NCBI GenBank assembly: GCA_026936335.1
Contig: JAPMXV010000030.1
Coordinates: 372,001-436,000 of the forward strand
DNA: 64,000 nt
Origin: Mantamonas sphyraenae STR306
Taxonomy: Eukaryota; Protista; CRuMs
Direction of reading: 5' to 3'
The position numbers and the translations under genes were made by a program. The notes beneath the pieces were generated by a model. The model saw only the letters and a program-made list of their open reading frames with translations. It had not been told where the DNA came from and searched no databases. Shown piece by piece: positions 22,144 to 33,293 of this stretch. Each line of letters opens with the position of its first letter. Position 1 is the stretch's first letter.

Positions 22144-25030
22144 TCAGGCATTCAGGATGCGGCTGCGGTGCTCCTCAATGTTCTCGTGGGTGAGCTTGAC
22201 CAGACTGCGTCTGCTGAGCGGCTGCTTGGTAAAGGGACAGTAGGTTTGCAGAGGCAGCATCTGCTTGCGGGCGTGCTTGATCTGCTCTTCAAACAGCGCT
22301 GTCCACGTGTCCTTGCCCAACACATGTCCAAAAGGACTGATCATGGGTTGCACCACCCCTTCCATGGTAATCATGTCCATGAGCTCAGGCACAGGGTTGT
22401 CCCGATCCTCCACCTCCCGTTTGCGTCGTCTCTCCTCCTCCTCCTTCCTCATGGCCTTCTCCCTCGCCGCTGCAAGCTTCTTTTCCTTCTTTGCCTTCCT
22501 TGCCTCTGCCTCTGCACGCCGTTTCTCCTTGCGTCGTGCCTCCGCTGCCGCCCGCTTCTTCATCGCCGCCTCATCACGCTTCTTCTGCTTGGCTGCATCG
22601 GCCTCGTCGCCCATCTTTTGCTTCAGACGTCCGCCCTGGAACAGAAGCTCCCCCTTGGCCGACAGCGAGTAGTTGGGATCCACAATGACTCCCTGTTTCA
22701 CCAGACGCCTGTACTGGCTCGCACACTGGTACCCCACACGACCGGGGATGTGTCGACTGATAAGCCCCCATTGGTATCGTCCCGAATGAGGGTCCACGTA
22801 CAGCGGTGCATACCGGCACAGCAGATTGCTCTCATCCGCCTCCCACATCCCTCGCCGCTGCTTCTCCCCTTCGTCCAGCAGACGGTAGTAGTACCGATTT
22901 GGGTTCGATTGCTTTGCCTTCAGTGCCTCTGTGATGTGTGCCGGCTGCTCTCCCTCGACGTTCATCTCCTTCACCATCAGCGGATTCGTTCCTGGGATGA
23001 AATCAGGTGGGGTTTCCTCCGCATTCGTCGTCTTGCCACCCTCCGAGGATCCCTCGCTTCCACTCATTCTCTGTGTCTGTGTCTGTGTCTGATTCTGTGT
23101 CTGTGCCGCTGTTCCTGTCCTCGTCGACGTCGTTTCATCCACCACCAGGGCGCTCGAGTTGGCACTTGTCGTCGTCCCCACTTCCGCAATTCGCTTGCCC
23201 TCCCGCTTTCCTCCACCACCGCCGCCGCTGTTCTTCTTTCTCTTTCGCTTCCTCTCCAACTCCTTCTTCTTGCGCTCCTTCTCTGCACGTCGTCGCTCCT
23301 GCGCCGCGTCGTCGTACTCGAAAAAGTCGTCCAGCTCAAACTCACACTCGGGTCCTCGCCCCGCTGGTTCGCCCACACCGTCCATCACATCCGACACCAA
23401 CAGATGCACAGCGTCGATTTCGTTGTCGTTGCAGATGGCCAATGCATGCTCCGCTTCCTTTCGAGTCAGATGCGGCATTGCCTCCATCACGTATGCCACA
23501 CGTCGGTCTGCACTCTCCTTCAGATGCTTCTCATACTCCTCACGCACTTTGGCCATCCGTTCCGCAATGATCCGTTGCTGCTCCTCGTCCAGCGTCAAAT
23601 CGTCGTCCTCCTCCACCGTCGCACTGGCTGTGCTCTCCGTACCCGTCGATGATGTCGATGATGTCGAGGACGATGTCATCCCTGACCCCGTGCGTCGTTC
23701 AAACAGATGGCTCACAAACTCCATCGCGTTCATCTGCTCCTCCATCTCCATCAAATCGTCGTCGTCGTCTTCCTCCTCGTCCTCCTCCTCCTGCGTCGTC
23801 GTGTACAGCTCACTCTCCATACTGGCTCCTGCCACAGGACTGCTGCTCCCACTCTCCGCATCTCTGCTTCGTGAACGTGCTTCCCGTGCCATTGCACGCT
23901 GCCGAAGCTCCGCAATCATCTTTTGCCGCTGCTCCGGTGACACAATCTTGATGCGACGCGACGGCGACACAAACACACGCTTCGGCGTCAATGTCTTGTC
24001 TGCTCCCTCGCCATTGCCACCTTGCGACGACGACGACGACGACGACGTTGTTCCGGTCTTGCGTGACGGTGTCAACGGAGGTGTGCGCGGTTCCAAAGCA
24101 ATTGCTGCCTCTGCCGCCGCCGTTGCCATCATTGCCGCCGTGTTGTCCTCCTCCACCACCATCATTTGCCCCACCACCTTGCTCTTCCTGCTCTCCTTCT
24201 TGGCCCCCTTCTGTGCCTTGGCCTTGTTCGTCGTCGTCTTCTTCGTGGGCGTGGCACCCTGCTTCAGTGTCGTCGTGTCGCCTGCCATGGGTTCCATCTC
24301 GCCCTTGCGCACCAGATTGCGGTACATTGAGACACACGTGTATCCCACTCGTCCAGGGATGCCACATGAGAAGTAGCCCCATTGCGTCACCTTGCCCTCC
24401 TTGTTGAGACACGCCTCGTACCGTTTGCGAAACAGTGCCACCTCTTCCTCACTCCACGATCCCTTCTTTGCCTCCTCCTCTGGATCCAAGTGTCGATAGT
24501 AAAACGCGTTGCTTCGCGGTCCAATTGGCACAGGCGCCTTGAGCGACTGCAGGTACGTCAACTTGGCTTCGATCTCCTTGGCTTTCCCCTCCGCCGTCCC
24601 TGGTTCCTTATCCGGACGATACTCAGCTTCCAACCGCGCACGCAGCACATCCACATCCGCCACACTATCGCTGGCCTCGCCCGTTGTTGTCTCTGCCTCC
24701 TGTCTCCTCCTCCACCCGCTGACGTTTCAAAGTCGAAAATCCGCGCCAATTTTTGGCGCGCTTTTCCCCTGCCGCCGCCGTATCCTCTTCGGCACCACTC
24801 TCGTTGTCCAAGGGCATGCCAAACTGCAGCCGAAACGCCATGTCCTGCTTGTCCTGCTCTTTGCGCTTGCTGCGGCCACCCAGCTTCAGCTTGAGCCGCG
24901 TGTGTGTCGGGGCCTTCTGCACAGCAGACCCACGCAGACGGCGCGGACTGGGTGTGTCCTCCACAGGACCCGCCGTCGTTGCCGACGCATCAGTCACATC
25001 GTCGGATGAAGCAAAGTATCGACTCAGCAT
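22144..25030 (-). CDS. Two Myb/SANT-like domains, a UBA/CUE-like segment and a C-terminal U-box-like domain; frame break near 24705
   Basis: Two copies of YYR...G.W...E...WG..S..IPGRVGY.C...YR.L; C-terminal DMIT..V..P.ISPFGHVL...CPFTKQPL. Confidence 0.75.
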
Positions 25031-25082
25031 TTTGGTGGATGTGTGTGGGATTGGCTGCGGTGGGGCTGTGTTGCCCGCGCGC

Positions 25083-25095
25083 TTTTCCCGCCAAA
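25083..25095 (+). promoter_or_regulatory. E2F-like site TTTTCCCGCCAAA in the 85-bp divergent spacer
   Basis: Matches the TTTSSCGC consensus; a reverse CCAAT (ATTGG) lies nearby at about 25050. Confidence 0.3.
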
Positions 25096-25115
25096 CATTG
25101 TCACCACGTGCGCAC

Positions 25116-27166
25116 ATGTTTGGTGTCATTGAAGGCTTCTACGGCCGTCCATGGACGCGTGAACAACGAAGACACCTGACCACGTCGTTGATGCTTCGGC
25201 ATCTCTCAACACATACGTGTATGGCAACAAGGACGACGAGAAGCTGCGCACACAGTGGCGAGAGCGTCTGGACGAGGAGGAGTTGGCCCAGGTGTGCAGC
25301 CTGGTGGACGAATGCACTGCCAACGGTGTTGCGTTTGTGTTTTCCCTCTCGCCAGGTCTGGATGTGGACTTTGCACGGTTGGAGGAGGAGGTCCAGGCGG
25401 CGGTGGACAAGGTGGCACCCCTGGTGGACCATGGCGTGCACACACTGGCCGTGTTCTGGGATGACATTGAAGAAAACGTGGACGCAGAGGCACAGGTGGC
25501 GTTCACGAATGCCCTGCTGCAGGCGTATCCGTCCTGCACGTGGTTGTTTTGTCCAACCGAGTACTGCGAGGAAAGGGCAGCAGACGGAGACGTGTGTGCC
25601 AGTGCCTACCTCACCACTTTGGGCGACAAGTTGCACCCAAGTGTCCATGTCATGTGGACAGGACCCAGTGTGATCTCGGCCGGCATCACAGTGGCCCATT
25701 TGAAGCGCATCAACGGCGTGTTGCAGCGCAAGGTACTGCTGTGGGACAACCTGTTTGCCAACGACTACGACGTGTATCGACAGTACATGGGAGCATACTG
25801 CATGCGACGTGGGTGCATTTTGGACCACGTGGCAGGCATCCTCGTCAATCCCAACTGCGAGTACGCAGCCAACCACGTGGTGGTCCACTCTCTGGGCTCC
25901 TTTGTGGCCCAAGGTGACACATACACACCCGCCATGGCCTTGGACGCTGCATTGGACCATTGGCATGCCGATCTGGACGAGGCCATCTCCATGGAACACC
26001 TGCGCATGCTTGTGTCGCTGTTCAGCAACCCGTTCACCCTGGGAACCTGGGCTCAGAGCTGGGTACATCTGGCACAGCACGTCTTTGGCACCTACGATGA
26101 AGACAGCAGTGATCACGATCAGGGATGGCAAGCAGATGCACAGCAACTGATCCAGGCTTGCAACGATGTCATTGGTCTGTTTGATGCTCTGACAGAGGCA
26201 AGTGGAGCACGTGCACGTGATCTGGTGTATGCCGTGTATCCTCGTGTGTGGTCAGTCAAGGAGGAGGCTCTGTTGCTGCGTTCACACACCCAATGGCTGT
26301 GCAACGGCGCGTCGGGCAAGCACCGATCCTTTGACCACCAGCCTTCCCTGTACCGTGGTGGCATCATTCGTGACCTGCAGGCATTGTTGGACATGGATGC
26401 ATCCGGTGCCTTTGCTGCCTCGTCCATGTGTCGTCGCAGGGCAGAGGGGGCACCACAAGGGAGTGCGTTCACCGTGCGTGCCGCAGATCCCCAGCAGGAC
26501 CATGAGGGCATGTATCGCGTGTGTCTTCTCACAGGAGACGCCGGGGACGATGGATCGCATCTGTTTGCAGACGATCCCATGGTGTTGGGGCACAGGTACG
26601 TGGGCCCCTACCTGCACCTGGAAACACCGTTTTCCCTGGCACTGGAAGACAGCCAGGGGGTGTGCGGGTACTGTTTGGCCACTCCAGACTCCACTGCGTT
26701 CTATGCACGCTACCGCAACGAGTGGTTGCCCGACCTGCGTTCCAAGTATGCGTTCACCGAGTCACCCTCCACCCCGTCGCAACGCGTGGCCAATCTCTTC
26801 CACGAGATGGAACAGTACGACGAGAGTCTGCTGGCTGAGTTTCCTGCCCATCTTCACATCGACTTGCTGCCACGTGCTCAGGGCAAGGGCAACGGACGAC
26901 GTCTGATCGAACAGCAGCTGGCACACCTTTGCGCTGCAGGCTGTCCAGGGGTGCACCTGGAGATGGCAGCATCCAACACACGTGCACTGGCCTTCTACCA
27001 ACGCCTGGGCTTCTTTGTGGTGAGTCGGGATGATGAGGACATCATCATGGCGCAATACTTGCAACCCATGGACAACGACACGGGATTGACAACAACACCA
27101 CCGCCACCACCACCAGCAGCAGCCGTGACGGGACTGCCATGCAACCAGACGAGGGAGCTGTGGTGA
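25116..27166 (+). CDS. OGA: GH84 O-GlcNAcase/beta-N-acetylglucosaminidase with C-terminal GNAT domain; frame break at about 25165-25205; possibly fused to the next CDS
   Basis: GVIEGFYGRPW, LNTYVYGNKDD, catalytic WDD, FCPTEY, WTGPSVIS, WDNLFANDYD, NPNCEY; GNAT FPAHLHIDLLPRAQGKGNG...FYQRLGF. Confidence 0.92.
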
Positions 27167-28891
27167 GTGTGGACGAAGACACGCTGCCAGTGACGGAACG
27201 ACGCAATCCGCTGAGCGAGAGGCTGAGCAGCAGCACAAGCCAGGAGATCGTGCGGATCCTGCGCAGCACAGACGCACAGATGTTTGGAGGGTATGGAGGG
27301 TACGCTGGGTTGATGGATGATGTGCAGGTGGAGGCATTGGAACGGGTGGGGGCAGCCATAGGTGAACTTGTGGATGGGGGACGTAGCGATGTGCGTGTTG
27401 TGTTTGCCGGGTGTGGCACAAGTGGACGCATGGCATACTACTGCGCACGTGAGGCCAACAGAGCCCTTGTGGGCCAGGGGCAACCCCCTGTGTTTCGCTA
27501 TGTCCATGCGGGCGGTGACAGAGCGCTGTTCCTGAGCGACGAGCTTCCGGAAGACGATGCACTGACAGCACAGAACGAGTTGGAGGAGGTGGTGGCAGAC
27601 ATGAGCCAGTATGTGTATGTGGGCATCTCGTGTGGGTTGAGTGCCCCCTACGTGTGTGGACAATTGGAAGCAAGCCTGGATGACACCCGTTGTCTGGTGG
27701 CAGCTGCCCTGGGGTTCAACCCGGCAGACAAGGCAAGGGACAGTGTCGTCCAACATGACTTCCAGGTCACCTTCCGTCAAACGGTCCTGAGACTGACGCA
27801 ACACCCACGTGGGGTGCTGCTCAACCCGGTGATCGGTCCCGAACCTGTGGCTGGATCCACACGCATGAAGGGGGGCAGTGCCACCCTGTGCATGTTGCAA
27901 AGCATGGTTCAGACGGCGTTGCACGCTTCTCCCTCTGTCCTCGACTCGTTGGAACACTTGCAACGCGTGTGCGGACGAGCCTATGCGCATGGCTCCGTGG
28001 AGGCTGTGGCTGTGCTCATGGATGCCTGTGCTGCCACCTATGCCCGTGATGGCAATGTGTACTACGCCGGTGTGGGCGATGCTGCCGTTCTGGCTGCCAT
28101 CGATGCAAGCGAAATGCCCGACACCTATGGATTGCCCTTTGAACAAACACGGGCGTTTGTCCATGGAGGCTGGGCCACAGTGGCCAATCAGAACGTGCAA
28201 CAGCGTGCCCTCTTTGCAAAGGATGTCCTTACTCGCATCGACCTCGATGACATGGCCAACGATGTCCAGCTCCAATCGCACGACACCGTCCTCATCGTCC
28301 TCATGGTCCAGGAGCTAGCACACCTTCCAGCTGACTCGGTCGACACTCTCAATGCCCTTGCAGCTCGTTGTCGTCAGGTCGATGGTGTCGCTGTCCACAT
28401 CCTTGCTGTTCAGGAACAGGGAAAGGCCTCGCTTTCCGAGATGGGTCTGGACATGGATCTGGTGCACTCGTGTGCGCTGTTGACAGTGCCTGCATGCACC
28501 TCTGCCATCAACACAGCCTCTCTGGCCTTCAAGGTGGCTCTCAACGCCGTGTCCACGGGTGCCCAGGTCCAGCAGGGGGTCGTTTACCGCAATGTCATGG
28601 TCAACGTGGGCCTAAACAACAACAAACTGTACTGGCGAGCTGTGCGCGTGGTGGCCAGCACCTGTGATGTCTCTGTGCACGAGGCGGAAGACCACGTCCT
28701 CGCCGTCATCTTTGGCAGCGCAGACGCGTCGACCGATCCACCTCTGTGCTCCAGCGCATCGACTAGCCACAGCAGTGGACAAGGTTGTCCCATGTGCCAT
28801 CATGCTGGCGACCGGAAGAGCTCAATCGGTAGCACAGGCGCGCGAGCTCCTCACGCAAGGAGTGGCGGCAATTGTAGACAAGAAATTTTGA
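27139..28891 (+). CDS. Glucokinase regulatory protein / MurQ (MurNAc-6-P etherase)-like double-SIS protein; frame break at about 28725-28765
   Basis: PVTERRNP, GCGTSGRMA, AGGDRAL...PEDD, VGISCGLSAPYV, GPEPVAGSTRMKGGSAT, IDASEMPDTYG, KVALNAVSTGA..GVVYRNVMV; the C-terminus DKVVPCAIMLATG...KKF* is in another frame. Confidence 0.88.
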
Positions 28892-29102
28892 TTGACACAG
28901 AAATTTATGTTTGGGACCAACCATACAAATTCACACATGAATCAAAATTCCTGTTGCAGGTAGGAGTGCCCTTCTGGAAAGCATTTCATTCTAGACTCTG
29001 CTTTCCTGTAACACAGCGCAGGAGACCGAAACCAGGGCCAACTCTATGCAAAGCGTGGAAATATGCGGGAGGTGAAGCTGCGCCAGTGGACCCACGAGAA
29101 GA

Positions 29103-29786
29103 ATGTCCAAGTCCGCTTCCTTCGTTGAACGCTGCCGCAACATTGTGTGCGTGGGCCGCAACTACGCAGCCCATGCCAAGGAGATGGGTGCAGAGGCATC
29201 CACGACAGCGCCCATGCTGTTCCTGAAGCCTACGAGTGCCATTGTGGAGGAGGGGATGAGCATCGTCGTACCCAAGGGCTCAACCAGCATCCACCACGAG
29301 GTTGAGCTCGGCGTAGTGATTGGCAAGCGTGTGAGCAAGGCAGGCAGTGTTCAAGAGGCGCTGGAGGCAGTAGATGGCTACGTACTGTGTCTGGACATGA
29401 CCGAGAGGGAGATTCAGAGCGAGGCGAAGAAGAAGGGCCACCCGTGGACAGTGGCCAAGGGATTTGACACGTTTCTGCCCGTGGGATCGTTCATTCCTGC
29501 AAGCAAAGTGACGGATCCTCAGGCGCTGACGCTGTGGTGTGCTGTGGATGGCGAGGAGAAGCAGCGTGGGAGCACGAGCGACATGATCTTCACTGTGGGA
29601 GAGCTGGTGAAGTACATCAGCTCCATCATGACTCTGAACGACGGTGACCTGATCTGCACAGGAACCCCCGAGGGAGTGGGACCGGTGACGCCTGGTCAAA
29701 CCATCACAGCTGGTCTGGAGGACGGGGAGGAGCAGTTGGCGTCCTTTGAGTTCAACGTGGTTGCCCACATTGACGAGGAAGAGTGA
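29103..29786 (+). CDS. FAHD1: Fumarylacetoacetate hydrolase domain protein 1 (acylpyruvase/oxaloacetate decarboxylase)
   Basis: IVCVGRNYAAHAKE, FLKP, HHEVELGVVIG, LDMT, PWTVAKGFDTF, TGTPEGVG. Confidence 0.93.
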   Translation: MSKSASFVERCRNIVCVGRNYAAHAKEMGAEASTTAPMLFLKPTSAIVEEGMSIVVPKGSTSIHHEVELGVVIGKRVSKAGSVQEALEAVDGYVLCLDMTEREIQSEAKKKGHPWTVAKGFDTFLPVGSFIPASKVTDPQALTLWCAVDGEEKQRGSTSDMIFTVGELVKYISSIMTLNDGDLICTGTPEGVGPVTPGQTITAGLEDGEEQLASFEFNVVAHIDEEE

Positions 29787-29802
29787 CCATGGATGACCAT
29801 CC

Positions 29803-32800
29803 ATGGATGATGATGATGATGGTGATGATGATGATGATGGTGATGATGGATTGGCTGATGATGACGAGGAACAATGAATGGTGCGCCAGGGCAGCCACAC
29901 GAAGAAACACCGGAAAAGATGTTGGTAACCATCCATGCATTCCACTTGGGACGTCTCATCGATGTCAACGTGCAGATGGATGACCCTGTGTCTGTTCTGA
30001 TGGATCTCATCTATGAGAGTGAAGGCATCCCGCCCAACAAGCAACGCCTGTACTTCCAGGGTGCTCCCCTCGACGCCCAGGAGATCCTCGCCAACTACTC
30101 CTTTGACGAGGAGATCAACGATGCCAGCAACAACAACGAAGTCCTGTTGCTTGTCCACCCTGTGGGACGTCTCAACCATGACCTGGCCTTTGACGATCTC
30201 GACGGCATGCCTGTGCCCAACCACAAAGGTGAATTCCGCCCCACGCCCCCAAGTCCCGTCTGTGCGACTTCCGTCCACCGCTTTGTCCCAGGCACGGAGG
30301 GCATGGAAGCCTGTGCCCCACGTGCCATGGACACCATCCCATGCCCTCTGTTTGGTCCCCTTGTGTTGTGCATGAGACTCACCCCTTTGGGTTGTGTGCA
30401 GTGATTTTCGACCATTTTCAGAAGGAGGGCTCGTTGGAGCCGTCGGATGTAGCCGCCATTGTCAAGCAGGCAGCGCAGCTGTTTTCTCAGGAACCCAATG
30501 TGTTGGAGCTGGATGGACGCAACATTACGAGTAGGTTCAGGGAGGCGAGTGTGGCTTGGTATGGTGCAGGGGGTTGTGTGGAACCGAGTGCATTTCCCAA
30601 GGAAACCAGACGGACACAAACACACACATCAGCACGCTTACGTTTTCTTTGAAACTGACACCCTGCGTTCACCCACCCACCACCCCCCCCTGGCACCACC
30701 CTCGTTCCCGACTGTGTGGTTTCCCCCTGTGCAGTTGTGGGTGATCTGCATGGGCAGTTCTACGACGTGTACAACGTGTTGCGCGAAGGTGGGGATCCGG
30801 CCGAGACGACGTATCTGTTCCTTGGCGACTATGTGGACCGTGGTCGCTTTGGTGTGGAAACCCTGTTGTATCTGTATTGTCTCAAGATCAACTTCCCGGA
30901 CAGCTTCTTCATGCTGCGTGGCAACCATGAAACAAAGCAGATGACCCCGTCGTACGGCTTCCGCGACGAGTGTGTCAACAAGTACGGCAAGAATGCCTTC
31001 AAGCTGTTTACAGCCTCGTTCAACGCCCTGCCTCTGGCAGCACTGGTGGACACCACGGCAGGCACCCTGTTCTGTCTGCATGGTGGTCTTGGCCCAGATC
31101 TGTACTCGGTGGAGCAGCTGGCCCAGGTCAAGCGATTCCGTGAGCCTCCCAGCTCGGGTCCCTGCATGCAAATGATGTGGTGTGACCCATCCAAGGATGC
31201 AGAGATGACCCCAAACAGCCAGGAGACTGCCATGGTCAAGGAGTACGATCTGTCCACCGTCTATTCGCGCAGTGAGGATCGCAGCGAGAGCATGGATGGG
31301 TCCACTGTGAGCGAGGAACGTTCGTACGACGCCTCTCTCTTTGAGCTGGACTACAACCGTGGGGAGGGAGTGTACTACTTTTCGCGCGAGGCAGCCAGTG
31401 CGTTCTGCCACAACAATGGCCTGTTGGCCGTGGTGCGTGCGCATGAGGTCATGGAGCAGGGTTTCTTTGCACATGGCATGGATCCGGAAACCAACTTCCC
31501 CGTCTGCTTCACCATCTTCTCGGCACCCAACTACACGGACTTTTACAAGAACGAGGGTGCCATCATGCGCATTGACGGCGACCGCCTGAGCATCAAGACG
31601 TACCTGTGGAACCCACACCCTGTGTACGAGGAGCCCAACACCAAGATGTATGCCAACGAAGACTTTCAAATGTTCCTGTACTGGTTCAAGCCAAACCTGC
31701 GCATGCACCTGATGAACGACAAGCTGGTGCGCAAGTACCAGAGTCTCATGCTGCAACAGCACGTCTTTGTGGGCTTCCGTTTGGACCTGGTGCCGGTGAG
31801 CAAGCTGCCCAACCTGACCACCCACGTGGAGTCGTACGAACTGGGCTGGCGTGACGGAGCCGAGGTGGTGCTGGGACGTGCCCTGTTCAAGAAGGCCAAG
31901 CGCTATCTGCCATACAAGCAGATCAGCAGTGCCCACTGTGTGTTTACCTGCCAGCTGGGCGAGAGTGGAGAGCGTGAGGTGTGGGTGCGGGACACCAGCA
32001 CCAACGGCACCCTGGTCAACCGCGAATCATTGGGCAAGGGCAACAGCACACGTCTCTACGACGGCGATGTGGTGTGTCTCTTGTGGGACGACGAAACATT
32101 CACGCCACTGGTCAACTACCGGTTTAAGGATCTGACACACCCGCAGGCTAGGTCGCGTGCAGAGGCGGAACAGTCTGTGCCAGAGAGCGCGGGAGTGGAT
32201 CTGAAGAAGGTCAGCAAGAAGCGCGAGAAGCGACACGAGGCCAAGGAGAGTGAATTGATGAGTGTGGGTGGGGAGGAGGCGGAGGAGGAGGAGGACCAAT
32301 CGATGATGGCAGACGAGGACAAGGGCCTGGGTGGGTTTGCAGACGCTCGCAACCGTGCACGATCGTTTGTGCTGGACGAGACGCTGTTTCGTAGTTTGGA
32401 GGGCCAGCAATGCCAAGGCAACGAGGCATTCGAGGCACTGCGCAACGGGGAGATGACAGTGGACGAAATGCTGGAGGCGGTGGCGCAGGGAAGGGTGAGC
32501 GAGGAGGAATACCAGCGCAGCACATGCCGAAACGCACACCTGTACGGAAGCGACTACTATGTGGATTCCACGGCGCTGATGGCCTTTGAAGACGACGACA
32601 CGGCATTCCGCAGTGGTGATCGAGGCATGGAAGGGGATGAAGATGACGAAGACAGCGACGAAGACGACGAGGACATGGATCCCACGCTGAAGGCAGCCAT
32701 GGTGAGGTCATCGGCACCGTCACTGCGTATGGATGCAGAGGGCACAGGAGCAGGGAGCAGCAGCAGCAGCAGCAGCAGCACCTGGGAAGAGGGAGAGGAT

Positions 32801-33190
32801 GGAGGAGACGAAGAGGATGTTGCCGGTGGTGTTGATGACGACGATGCCAAGGTGTTGATGGTGGAGGACAGCGAGGGAGTGCTGGAGGTGCGTTTGGATG
32901 GAGTCAACGTGGCCAGTCCCGAACGTCCGGGACGCACGGGCAGCATCAGTTCCACCGAATCGGATCGGGAGGTGTTGGAGCCCGAGCATGTGTTGGAGCT
33001 GTTCAAGCAGCGTGCTGACCAGGTGTATGACGAGTTTCTGGAAATCACCACAGCAGACGTGATTGAAGAGGACAGGGACAACGAGAGCATGCCTGGGACA
33101 CCCAGGGAGGAGGATGAGGAAGAGTTGGACGAGGATGCCTTCCGTGCTTCACTCATGGCTGCCCTGGACGAGTTTACGCTGGAGGAGTAG
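29803..33190 (+). CDS. Calcineurin-A-like PPP phosphatase with N-terminal ubiquitin-like domain and FHA domain; introns 30229-30401 and 30531-30734; start 29874, or 29803 with a frame break
   Basis: EGIPPNKQRLYFQG (Ubl); GDLHGQ, GDYVDRG, LRGNHE, HGG, RAHE, TIFSAPNY, PHP; FHA LGR...ISSAH...STNGT; DRDNESMP. Confidence 0.88.
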
Positions 33191-33293
33191 GCACAATGTA
33201 CACACCCACACACACACATATATATATATACGGTGACATGGTAGGCTTTGGTGTGGGGTGGATTCTTGTGCGCCGTGGGGGCCAGTGGAAGAA

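Noticed and set aside
4600-25110. CACGTG E-boxes shortly upstream of several ATGs
   Set aside because: CACGTG is abundant throughout coding and intronic DNA here, so enrichment cannot be claimed
27020-27190. GTGAGT donors at 27020 and 27163 as a splicing route to fuse OGA and the SIS protein
   Set aside because: The nearest acceptors checked give the wrong phase, and farther ones would delete the last GNAT strand or the conserved TERRNP motif
28892-29102. AT-richer spacer with an imperfect hairpin and an Sm-like AATTTTG on the minus strand (possible snRNA or SL RNA)
   Set aside because: No convincing match to conserved U snRNA motifs; explicable as 3'UTR/promoter, possibly with a 5'UTR intron
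28740-29226. SIS ORF apparently extending over FAHD1
   Set aside because: The family-like C-terminus is in another frame ending at 28891; the extension is a frame-break artefact
29103-29786. FAHD1 as part of the OGA/MurQ-like pathway
   Set aside because: Only adjacency supports it; it is a ubiquitous housekeeping enzyme and all genes here are tightly packed
3453-29877. In-frame TGA stops (3453, 29875) as selenocysteine or readthrough
   Set aside because: The continuation lies in a different frame, so readthrough would not restore the protein
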